NCBI GenBank assembly: GCA_947589025.1
Contig: CANQAY010000006.1
Location: forward strand, 2,755-66,754
Length of the DNA stretch: 64,000 nucleotides
Origin: an uncultured Clostridia bacterium
GTDB taxonomy: Bacteria; Bacillota; Clostridia; Christensenellales; UBA1242
Reading direction: 5' to 3'
Shown: positions 36,177 through 44,219 of the stretch, piece by piece
How positions within the stretch are numbered: the first letter of the stretch is position 1
Layout of the letters: every line of letters starts with the position of its first letter
Notes under the pieces: model-generated
What the model was told of the DNA's origin: nothing
Database searches by the model: none
Seen by the model: the letters and a program-made list of their open reading frames with translations, nothing else
Made by a program: the position numbers and the translations under genes

Positions 36177-37586
36177 TCATCTAACAACATCTATTTTTAA
36201 AAGATTTGTGCAACCAAGTTGTTTTGGCGTGCCACAGGTTATAACAATAGTGTCATTAGGCTTGGCAAAGCCGTGTTTTTTAACCAGTTCGCCCGCAATT
36301 TTAAACATATCGTCAGTTGAATTATACACGCGCGTTAAAACTGGCTTAACGCCCCAAAATAATTCTAGCTGCCTAAACACCTTTTCGTTAGGTGTGGCGC
36401 CCACAATAATGGTGGCTGGACGGAACTTGCTAACCATAATTGCGGTAAGCCCGGTGGTGGTAAAGCCAACAATTGCCTTGGTTTGCTGCAAAAAGCTGGC
36501 GTTAACCGCGCTGTGGGACACAACATCGGTGGTGTTTTTAAGTTTGTTTTGATTGGAACAAAAGTTTTTATAATAATTAATGTGCCTTTCCGTTTCCGCA
36601 CACACGTTAGACATGGTTTTAACTGCCTCAACTGGGTATTTGCCCATGGCAGTTTCACCCGATAGCATAACGGCGCCAGAGCCATCGTAAACCGCGTTAG
36701 CAACATCGCTAACCTCGGCACGCGTGGCGCGGTTGTTGGTTATCATGCTTTCCAACATTTCGGTTGCCGTTATTGTTGCCTTGCCCATGGCGGTTGCCTT
36801 TTTTATTATGGTTTTTTGAAGTTCTGGCAACTTTTCCATTGGCATTTCCACGCCCAAATCTCCACGCGCAACCATAACTGCGTCGCTCTCTATAATAATT
36901 TCATCCAAATTTTTAACCCCAAGTGCAGATTCAATTTTTGAAATTATTTTAATATCCCCACCATTTTGGGCAATAAAGTTTTTAAGATCTAACACATCTT
37001 GCCTGCTGTTAACAAAACTTGCCGCCACAAAATCTACATCATTTTTTATGCCCCACAAAATGTCCGCTTTATCCGCCGCGTTTAAATATGGCGTGTTAAA
37101 TTTAACGCCGGGCAAAAACAGGCTTTTACGGTTGGCTATAACGCCCGAGTTTAATGCCTTAGTTATAACATCTTTGCCCTTAACTTCAAGCACATTAAAT
37201 TTAATTAGCCCGTTAACAGCCAAAATTTTGTTGCCGGGCTTTATGCTTTTAACAATGGCCGGCTCGTTTAAACTAACAACCTCATTGTTGCCTTCAACAT
37301 CGCGCGCGGTAAAAGTAAAAATTTGCCCACGCTTAATTAAGGCACTGCCACCCTTAAATGTTTTAACGCGAATTTCCGGCCCGCGCGTATCAATCATTAC
37401 TGGCAGCGGAATATTTAATTCCTTCCTGGCGCGCTTAACGTTTTTAATAATTTCATCCATATCTGGCTGCTTAGCGTGGGATAAATTTATCCTCACCATG
37501 TTAAGCCCACCAACGCACATTGCCTTTAATGTTTCATATTTCATGCAACTAGGGCCAATTGTTGCCACAACTTTTGTTTTTTTCAT
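36177..37586 (-). CDS. pyk: Pyruvate kinase
   Basis: 469 aa with KIVATIGP-type N-terminus (KVVATIGPS), MVARGDLGVE and the typical domain order. GGGGAGA SD. Confidence 0.95.
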   Translation of the reverse strand: MKKTKVVATIGPSCMKYETLKAMCVGGLNMVRINLSHAKQPDMDEIIKNVKRARKELNIPLPVMIDTRGPEIRVKTFKGGSALIKRGQIFTFTARDVEGNNEVVSLNEPAIVKSIKPGNKILAVNGLIKFNVLEVKGKDVITKALNSGVIANRKSLFLPGVKFNTPYLNAADKADILWGIKNDVDFVAASFVNSRQDVLDLKNFIAQNGGDIKIISKIESALGVKNLDEIIIESDAVMVARGDLGVEMPMEKLPELQKTIIKKATAMGKATITATEMLESMITNNRATRAEVSDVANAVYDGSGAVMLSGETAMGKYPVEAVKTMSNVCAETERHINYYKNFCSNQNKLKNTTDVVSHSAVNASFLQQTKAIVGFTTTGLTAIMVSKFRPATIIVGATPNEKVFRQLELFWGVKPVLTRVYNSTDDMFKIAGELVKKHGFAKPNDTIVITCGTPKQLGCTNLLKIDVVR

Positions 37587-37683
37587 TTTCTCCCCTCTAT
37601 AAAGTTAATTATATCAAAAACTAACTTATTTAAAAAACATTTTAAATATTTTTGCTGGAAATTAATTATTTTTTATAAATCTA

Positions 37684-37711
37684 TTGAAAATTTTTTAATT
37701 TTTGATATAAT
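37684..37711 (+). promoter_or_regulatory. Promoter of the structured RNA upstream of ssrA
   Basis: TTGAAA (37684-37689), 16-nt spacer, extended -10 TGaTATAAT (37703-37711). Confidence 0.6.
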
Positions 37712-37717
37712 TATATT

Positions 37718-38200
37718 GTAGCAATTAATAATGATAGCCTTTGTGCGGCACGATAAATCATCCAAGTCGCGTTTTAAGAGTTAACGCAGTGCTCTAAAAT
37801 TTAACGAGGCCCACGCAAAACAATTTATTTGTTTTGTGGTGTAAAGGAACGAACAAATCTAGGCTTATGTTTGCAACGCTTTGCAAACTAACAAAGATGC
37901 ATCACCTTTAAATTTGACCTTTTTAATAAGGAAAAGGAGTAATGAGGGAAAAACAGCCTATTGGGGCCCCCACAAGAACTTGCTCGGGGTCCCCATAAGA
38001 AAATCTTTCGAAATGGGGTGAGTCGCAGTGGGGAGCGCAGCCCGCAAGTGCCAATCGAACAAGGGCAGATACTTCTGCACGGTGAGATATTAACTTGCTA
38101 GGGCGAGCATGTTCCCTCATAGAAGCGGTGCAAACAAATAACAAGTTAACGTTTGCGCCGTGCAACAAGCAAACTAACATAAATGCAGTTTGCACCGCAG
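37718..38200 (+). ncRNA. Unclassified structured RNA (about 480 nt) directly upstream of tmRNA
   Basis: The G+C content is higher than the surroundings and there is no credible ORF. Many strong helices are present. Examples are 37942-37950 with 38112-38120 (9 bp), 37962-37970 with 37986-37995 (GGGGCCCC stem), 38125-38135 with 38188-38198 (11 bp), hairpin 37869-37888, and 37814-37823 with 37829-37838. Strand inferred from the promoter and from continuity with ssrA. Confidence 0.5.
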
Positions 38201-38557
38201 GGGGATGAATTAGTTTCGACTATCAAATTATTTGTTTATACGCATGCCGAGCGACATCTCGTTAAACATGTGTTCGTTTGCTCGAACTTAAATAAACGCT
38301 AAAAACGAAAATAAACTTGCTTACGCTGCCTAGTTGCACGTAGCCGTCGGTTTAATGGTACCGATACATTAAAATCTGGCGTCGATTATCGGTTAACGCC
38401 AACATTTATTGCCTAGTGAATGTTGGTGTAAACATAGGCTAGCCAAATTAAAGTGTTAATGTTAGTTTAGTTTGGCGAAAATAGTCATTAACTAAGCATG
38501 TAGTGTATGGGCAATTACTTTGGTAGGACAGGGGTGCAACTCCCCTCATCTCCACCA
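38201..38557 (+). ncRNA. ssrA: Transfer-messenger RNA (tmRNA)
   Basis: The 5' end GGGGAUG pairs with the 3' CAUCUCC-ACCA, including a G3:U pair. A T-arm is present (GGGG-UGCAACU-CCCC). The tag reading frame GCT AAA AAC GAA AAT AAA CTT GCT TAC GCT GCC TAG (38298-38333) encodes AKNENKLAYAA. Confidence 0.9.
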
Positions 38558-38560
38558 AAC

Positions 38561-38592
38561 AAAAAAGCAGTCGCATGACTGCTTTATTTATA
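38561..38592. terminator. Terminator after ssrA (bidirectional)
   Basis: Stem GCAGTC/GACTGC (38567-38572 with 38577-38582), flanked by an A-run and TTTATTTAT. Confidence 0.7.
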
Positions 38593-39522
38593 TTCAAACT
38601 CCAATTCTGTTTTGCGGTCGTAAATTTCGCCTTGAGGGGTATCTAACATTGACTTTGGTGTGGATTTGCGGGCATAACAATAGTTGCAGCTGTGGCGGCA
38701 GGTATCGTAGCGACCAATGTCAATTGCTGGCATGCAACCGCAAAACTTACGCTGACCGTCAACTTTGTTGTTTTTGTGTTTCACGGTTATGTTTTCATCT
38801 TTAAATTTTTCGGTTAAAAGCGCTTCAAAAATTGCACCATCTATACATTTGCTTGGCAAAATGTTGTATTTACTCCAATCTCCACTTTCCGCGCACGCTT
38901 CAATTTGTATAACGTTTTTGCTTGCAATTTGTGAAAATTTTGCTAAAATTTCATTTTTTTGTTGTAAATTCGGTGCAAAAACGGTTTTTGAACATCCTTT
39001 ATAACTTTCAATTACAAAACTTATTTTGCAATGCTTTGTATAACCCTTTAATTGCTCGCACAAATATGTAAATTGTTTAATATGCCAATCTACATCAATT
39101 CCATTTGTCAGCAAAATTGGGTCATAACGCCATATTACAGGGCAAAATTTTGTTAGTTCTTTAAATGTTTCAATTCGTTCATTTAGTGTTGGCAATCCGC
39201 CTTCAATATTTTGCGGATAAGCGTTTAAGGTGAACAAAAAATAGTATTTATAATCTTTAATTTTTTCTAATTTATTTAACATCGGCTTTGGGTTTTTTGA
39301 CCAAAACACAATGCCCTCAATGTTGCCTTCTGTTTCAACTTTTTTATCGCCCAATAAATTATATTCAACGCTTTTAATTTTAAATGGTTTAAGTTCAATT
39401 TTTGCAATTTTACTTGGGTTAATTGGATTAGGAACAAGCACAAAACCCTCATCTAGTTGCTTAAAAAACCAATCACTATAAAACGCAGGAATATCTGTCC
39501 GCCTAGAAACGCTTAAAATCAT
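38584..39522 (-). CDS. DUF1848 domain-containing protein
   Basis: 312 aa with N-terminus ILSVSRRTDIPAFYSDWF and a C-terminal Cys cluster CGCMPAIDIGRYDTCRHSCNYCYA. Family assignment is from memory. Confidence 0.65.
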   Translation of the reverse strand: MILSVSRRTDIPAFYSDWFFKQLDEGFVLVPNPINPSKIAKIELKPFKIKSVEYNLLGDKKVETEGNIEGIVFWSKNPKPMLNKLEKIKDYKYYFLFTLNAYPQNIEGGLPTLNERIETFKELTKFCPVIWRYDPILLTNGIDVDWHIKQFTYLCEQLKGYTKHCKISFVIESYKGCSKTVFAPNLQQKNEILAKFSQIASKNVIQIEACAESGDWSKYNILPSKCIDGAIFEALLTEKFKDENITVKHKNNKVDGQRKFCGCMPAIDIGRYDTCRHSCNYCYARKSTPKSMLDTPQGEIYDRKTELEFEYK

Positions 39523-40172
39523 TATCTTACTCCATAAATTATTATACCTCTTCCGTCCAAAATGTCAAACTTTTTAAACTTAAAAGCCGGCTTTAATTTA
39601 TTTATTAATTTATCTATAAAATCTTGTTCTTCTTTTGGCATGTGATAATTGCTGTTAATCGTATAATCGCAAATTAAATAAAAATTATCCTGATGTTGTA
39701 AAGCCTCTAGCAATTCTTTCTCCAAATTAGAATTGTTAGAAATTGTAAATAAAGAGTTGAAGAAACAAACGACTAAATTTTGTTGTTTACCTTGTAACAT
39801 ATATGTTCCAACATCATATTTTATGGTTTTGGGTAATTTGGGTTCAAAATTTTTATAAGCATCGGTTTTTTTAATAGCCCAATCACAATCATCAACACCC
39901 CAATATTTAACATTCTCAAAAACTTCACTTGCACCAATGTAATCCAAACCAAGCCCACAGCCGAAAGAAAATATAGTTGGTATCTTAGTGCCAATATGAT
40001 TTTTCAATTCGGCAAAACTTTCTTTATTCTTTTCGTAGTTCTTTTCTGCGTATTCTTTTAAATAATTTAAGTTAGAACATAAGTTATCGTAATCCAAGTG
40101 CCCGGCACAATCTTTTTTGCAATGTTCACAAGATGGAAATTTATAATTCTTCCATAAATTTTCAATTTTCAT
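39522..40172 (-). CDS. Putative class I SAM-dependent methyltransferase
   Basis: 216 aa with a motif I-like FSFGCGLGLD and an N-terminal Cys-rich segment. Its stop overlaps the DUF1848 start. AGGAGA SD. Confidence 0.45.
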   Translation of the reverse strand: MKIENLWKNYKFPSCEHCKKDCAGHLDYDNLCSNLNYLKEYAEKNYEKNKESFAELKNHIGTKIPTIFSFGCGLGLDYIGASEVFENVKYWGVDDCDWAIKKTDAYKNFEPKLPKTIKYDVGTYMLQGKQQNLVVCFFNSLFTISNNSNLEKELLEALQHQDNFYLICDYTINSNYHMPKEEQDFIDKLINKLKPAFKFKKFDILDGRGIIIYGVR

Positions 40173-40206
40173 ACTTTCTCCTTTTATAGCCCCAAATGCA
40201 CATTAT

Positions 40207-40237
40207 GAAAAAGTTGAAGAATATTCTTCAACTTTTA
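40207..40237. terminator. Bidirectional terminator-like palindrome
   Basis: Stem GTTGAAGA/TCTTCAAC (40213-40220 with 40225-40232) with an ATAT loop, flanked by an A-run and a T-run. Confidence 0.55.
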
Positions 40238-40350
40238 TCATTTTTATAAGGAACTCTCCGTCTTTATTATAACAATTCCACTTGACTTTTTAGCCAAAAC
40301 ATGTCAAAATAAAAGCAACTTAGAGAACTTTTGTTCCACCAAGAGTAAAT

Positions 40351-40384
40351 AAAACGAACGCAATAAGTTCGTTTTATTTTATTT
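40351..40384 (+). terminator. Orphan intrinsic terminator
   Basis: A 9-bp stem AAAACGAAC/GTTCGTTTT (40351-40359 with 40367-40375) is followed by ATTTTATTT. There is no upstream plus-strand CDS. Confidence 0.5.
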
Positions 40385-40534
40385 GAATGGCTGCTTTAAA
40401 ATTTGCAAAATTGATAATGTATTATTGGCAGAATTGAAATGGCGAAATTTTTGATTTAAAATATTTTTGCTACAAAACATAAATTGTTCGATTTTTAAAA
40501 AAATATGTGCTATAATTATTTAACAGGAGATAAT

Positions 40535-41245
40535 ATGAGAAAACCTATTGTGGGAATAGTGGCTAAAAACATTGACATTTCAGATAATGATGGCAACTGG
40601 CCTAATCAAACAACAACTAGTTATGTGCGTTTTGCCGTTTTAGATTTGGGTGGTGTTGCAATTGGAATTTTGCCAACAAATCGCACATTGAAATTTAATG
40701 ATGATGATAGTGGCAAAAATAAAAACAATTTAACCAAAATTGAACAAAAGGATTTGATACAGCAATTAAAACTGGTGGATGGAATTGTGTTGCAAGGCGG
40801 CATGAATAGCGATTTTTATGAAGAATTTATTGCCCAATATTGTTGGGAAAATGACATTCCGTTGCTAGGTATATGCGCAGGCTTTAACAATGTGGTGCGC
40901 GGCCTTGGTGGAACAACCACTAATAAAATAAATAAAGCGTTGCACCTTCGTGCAAACACAGTTAAAAATGCACATGAAATAAAAATTGAAAAAAACTCAT
41001 TATTATATTCATTGGTTAAACAAGATAAATTGAATGTAAATTCAATACATTCATGGGTGGCAAAAGATGTTAAAAAACTTACACCAAGTGCGTATGCGCC
41101 CGATGGTGTAATAGAAGCCGTGGAAGATAAACATAAAAATTTTTATCTTGCTTTAAAATTCCATCCGGAATTGGATTATGACAATCCAGCCTACAAAAAA
41201 ATTTTTAAAGGTTTTATAGAACATATAAAAAAGACTATTTCCTAG
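40535..41245 (+). CDS. Gamma-glutamyl hydrolase-type class I glutamine amidotransferase (peptidase C26 family)
   Basis: Nucleophile elbow GICAGFN and an HPE triad segment (KFHPEL). Start at MRKPIVG with an AGGAG SD. Confidence 0.8.
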   Translation: MRKPIVGIVAKNIDISDNDGNWPNQTTTSYVRFAVLDLGGVAIGILPTNRTLKFNDDDSGKNKNNLTKIEQKDLIQQLKLVDGIVLQGGMNSDFYEEFIAQYCWENDIPLLGICAGFNNVVRGLGGTTTNKINKALHLRANTVKNAHEIKIEKNSLLYSLVKQDKLNVNSIHSWVAKDVKKLTPSAYAPDGVIEAVEDKHKNFYLALKFHPELDYDNPAYKKIFKGFIEHIKKTIS

Positions 41246-41780
41246 TCTTTTTTATTCCTAACTCATTATAATCACGTGGAATTGCGAACTTCGTTCCGTG
41301 CTCAAATTCCTCAACTTCGTCTTTGGTAAACACATTTTTTTCCATATAAATTATTAAATCGTCAAAGGTGTGTTTTTCTATGCCATTTTTCTTGGCAAAA
41401 CGATTAACAAATTTTAAATAATTTTGTGTGTCTTTATTTTGGCATGCCCGTTTTATTTTGTATTCCAACAAAGGAAACTCTTTTTTTGAAATTATTTTGT
41501 TTTTATACATATAGCAAACATAAGATAAATATGCAAACAATTTATCTATTTTAACCTCGGTTTGGCTTTGAGGAAAGTTTTCATCATACCAATTGCCATG
41601 ATAATCCAAAATTGTCATAGCCTCAATCAAATCTTCATCAAAACGAATTTTATCAATAACTTCTTTAAAAAATTCTGCCCTTTTAATTTTATTTCCGTTG
41701 CCAAATTGAATAATGCTAAAAATAAATGTAAATATACCTACAATGGCCACAACAATTGACACAATAACAGACGTATCCAT
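41235..41780 (-). CDS. Hypothetical membrane-anchored protein
   Basis: Start at MDTSVIV (41780) with a GGAGGGG SD. One N-terminal TM helix. No family recognised. Confidence 0.45.
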   Translation of the reverse strand: MDTSVIVSIVVAIVGIFTFIFSIIQFGNGNKIKRAEFFKEVIDKIRFDEDLIEAMTILDYHGNWYDENFPQSQTEVKIDKLFAYLSYVCYMYKNKIISKKEFPLLEYKIKRACQNKDTQNYLKFVNRFAKKNGIEKHTFDDLIIYMEKNVFTKDEVEEFEHGTKFAIPRDYNELGIKKTRK

Positions 41781-41885
41781 AACCCCTCCAAAAATATGAT
41801 AACACAAAATGAAAGAAAAGCATACCAAATTTAACTAAATTAAAAAATTTTTATGAAATTCGTTTTGCATTACACCCGCTCCACC

Positions 41886-41915
41886 AAAAAAGGCAGCAAC
41901 AAGGCTGCTTTTTGT
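41886..41915. terminator. Terminator hairpin preceded by a CTCCACCA motif
   Basis: Stem GCAGC/GCTGC (41893-41897 with 41904-41908), flanked by an A-run and T5. GCTCCACCAAAAAA lies at 41878-41891. Confidence 0.5.
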
Positions 41916-41942
41916 TTGGGTTGCTTTATTGTGTGGGCAGGG

Positions 41943-41971
41943 TTGACAAATTAATTTTATTGTGCTATATT
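41943..41971 (+). promoter_or_regulatory. Promoter upstream of the HEPN-like gene
   Basis: TTGACA (41943-41948), 17-nt spacer, TGcTATATT (-10 at 41966-41971). Confidence 0.55.
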
Positions 41972-42170
41972 TATTTTGTGGCCCGCTGTTTACAGCCACT
42001 TTAAAAAAGAATGGATTGCAAAGCAATCTGCTAAACCAGCATTTTGAGATAATATCAAAAGAAATGTAGCGGAACAGAACCTCATTTTATGAGGTTGAAC
42101 CACTCTTGAAAAGCATAATTTCAGTGCAATTCTGAAACAAGGGACAATTGAACTTTACATCTCATAAATT

Positions 42171-43628
42171 ATGGAAAAATTAAAACAATTGGAAGATGAA
42201 ATTAAATATTTTGAAATACTTAATGGTGGGCTTTACACATTAAAAAGCTTTTTAAATGAAGAAGCAATAAACATTAAAAGCTATTTAAAAAGCACTTATA
42301 TGTTGCGAACAGATATGGAGCTTGGCTCAATTGTAAATGCACCAAAAATGCTTTTGCCGTTTATGTATGCATTAATGTTAAGGCAGCTGATAATTGCGTT
42401 AAGGGAGCGAAAGGAATACATTAATTTTGAAAACATAAAAAATAATGAAAAATATCAATCACTTTTAAAAGATATTTTTGGTGAAAATTCGGATATCCCT
42501 TATGACGAAGCCAATTTGGTGTTAACCGAAATTTGCAACCGAATTAGCCATGGTGAAATATATAAAATTTTTAATTATGAAAATTATCAAGCCTTTTTGC
42601 GCAACTCTGCAAAACACGAAAAGCATTATATTATGGGCCCTATTGCCGAGTTAATTTATATTAGCAAACTATCAAATGAAGTTGGTGGTTATTTAAACAT
42701 CCAATCTAAATACACAAGCCGCTTTAAAGAAGAAAATGGGAAAATCGTTCAGCGAGATACACCAAAAACAGTAAGCATTTCAATAGATTACAAAAAGTTG
42801 GATAAATTAATTGCCGTGGTAATGACCAGCTATTTAAAGGAAATAGAGCCTTCGGATAATCAGCACACCGCTGTTTTGCAATTTTATTTAAACGGCATTG
42901 AGCCCATGCCAGTAAGGGTAACTTTGGGCGGAGATCATAATCAAAATGAAGATTTTGAAAAGATTCGTGATCATTACTCCAGCATCAAAGGTTTAAACCC
43001 AAATTATGCGGAAATTGCCGCCCTATTTGGTGCATCGTTAAACCCAATTTTTAAAGTTGTAACATTAGCAAATTTATACATCTCCTTCCCTGAAATATTT
43101 AAAGTTGGCAGCCCGAATGAAATTATTCCGCAAGTTTTTGTTAAATTATATTCCATGGGCATGGACGATATGAACGCAAATGTTGCCGCATATAATTTTG
43201 AAAAAGATAATTTATATAAAGAATTTTTGCTAACCGAACTGGTTTTGCTAATAACAAATTTGGAAAATAAAAAGCTTTATTCCGAACTTGCCTGCACCAG
43301 TTTTATTGAAAATTTAACTGCCGATTTGCTAAATTTGGAACAAGATAAAATAACCGAAAAGCATAAATTAAAAATTATAAAAACAATAAGAAATGCGCTA
43401 ATCCACGGCAGATATGTTAACGGCGTTGAAACAGTTGACCTTTACGACGAAAAGCACCAAAAAAGAGATAAAAACACAAAAGAACAAACTAAAAATATGC
43501 ATTTGAAAAAGGAATTGGAATTTAAATTTGGCCTTAGTGTGGAAGATTTGGAAGATATTAAAGATTTATGCTTGCATGTGCTTATTGATAATTACAAAAA
43601 GGAACTAAATAATTCCAACAACATTTAA
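42171..43628 (+). CDS. Hypothetical protein with two HEPN-like (R/x)NxxxHG motifs
   Basis: 485 aa. The C-terminal IRNALIHGRY fits the HEPN Rx4H motif. The N-terminal ICNRISHGE is a degenerate copy. No SD precedes the annotated ATG. Confidence 0.45.
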   Translation: MEKLKQLEDEIKYFEILNGGLYTLKSFLNEEAINIKSYLKSTYMLRTDMELGSIVNAPKMLLPFMYALMLRQLIIALRERKEYINFENIKNNEKYQSLLKDIFGENSDIPYDEANLVLTEICNRISHGEIYKIFNYENYQAFLRNSAKHEKHYIMGPIAELIYISKLSNEVGGYLNIQSKYTSRFKEENGKIVQRDTPKTVSISIDYKKLDKLIAVVMTSYLKEIEPSDNQHTAVLQFYLNGIEPMPVRVTLGGDHNQNEDFEKIRDHYSSIKGLNPNYAEIAALFGASLNPIFKVVTLANLYISFPEIFKVGSPNEIIPQVFVKLYSMGMDDMNANVAAYNFEKDNLYKEFLLTELVLLITNLENKKLYSELACTSFIENLTADLLNLEQDKITEKHKLKIIKTIRNALIHGRYVNGVETVDLYDEKHQKRDKNTKEQTKNMHLKKELEFKFGLSVEDLEDIKDLCLHVLIDNYKKELNNSNNI

Positions 43629-43640
43629 AAGGAGCAAAAA

Positions 43641-44219
43641 ATGAAGGCGTTAATAATTTTTGGAAGCCCGCGAAAAACCGGAGACACGGCAAATTTATTA
43701 AAAACTTTTTTAAATAATTTTGAAGGCGAGGTGGATTTTGTTAACGCGTTCCCCAATGCGTCTAATAATGGAGTTTCCGCCTGCATCAATTGTGTGGCGT
43801 GCAAACATGCAGATTGTGTTATTAAAGATGATTTTTTTAAAATTTTAAAAGATGATTATGACATTTTGGTTGTTGCAAGCCCAATTTATATGAGCAATTT
43901 GCCCGGGCCAATGTTAAATGTAATTTCAAGGTTCAACTATTTTTTTCATAGTGGCAAAAAGTTAACAAAACAAAAATTGGGTGTGCTTATTTTAACCGGC
44001 GGTGGGCACGGCGCAAAACGAATGCAAGGAAAAACTAATGAAGATTTAGCAATAAGGCAAGCAGAATTTATTTTTGCAAAAACAAACGCCTCATTTTATG
44101 AAGAAAATATGGTGCTATCCTTAAACACGGATAAAACCCCCGCCAAATATGACTATTTAGCACAGCAAAAAATTAAACAAATTGTGCAAAACTTGTACAT
44201 TGTGGCAGGGAAAAAATAA
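43641..44219 (+). CDS. Flavodoxin-like fold NADPH-dependent FMN reductase / iron-sulfur flavoprotein
   Basis: N-terminus MKALIIFGSPRKTGDT and Cys motif CINCVACKHADC. GGAG SD. Confidence 0.75.
   Translation: MKALIIFGSPRKTGDTANLLKTFLNNFEGEVDFVNAFPNASNNGVSACINCVACKHADCVIKDDFFKILKDDYDILVVASPIYMSNLPGPMLNVISRFNYFFHSGKKLTKQKLGVLILTGGGHGAKRMQGKTNEDLAIRQAEFIFAKTNASFYEENMVLSLNTDKTPAKYDYLAQQKIKQIVQNLYIVAGKK

Noticed and set aside
37923-38195. 90-aa minus-strand ORF, and an 18-codon plus-strand ORF (ATG 37942), inside the structured region upstream of ssrA.
   Set aside because: Their composition is implausible (Cys/His/Arg-rich). There is no adequately spaced SD, since GGAG lies only 2 nt from the ATG. 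The region is dominated by long perfect helices, so it was treated as RNA.
37718-38200. RNase P RNA, 6S RNA, SRP RNA or a group I/II intron as the identity of the RNA upstream of ssrA.
   Set aside because: I could not find the universally conserved RNase P blocks (GAGGAAAGUCC, ACAGAA..GGCUUA), an SRP GGAA/AGCA domain IV, a group II domain V, or a 6S-like bulged hairpin. ssrA itself is uninterrupted. These rejections are by eye only and need a covariance-model scan.
38520-38804. 94-aa plus-strand ORF starting inside the tmRNA 3' end.
   Set aside because: It overlaps the tmRNA T-arm, acceptor stem and terminator, and runs antisense to the well-supported DUF1848 gene.
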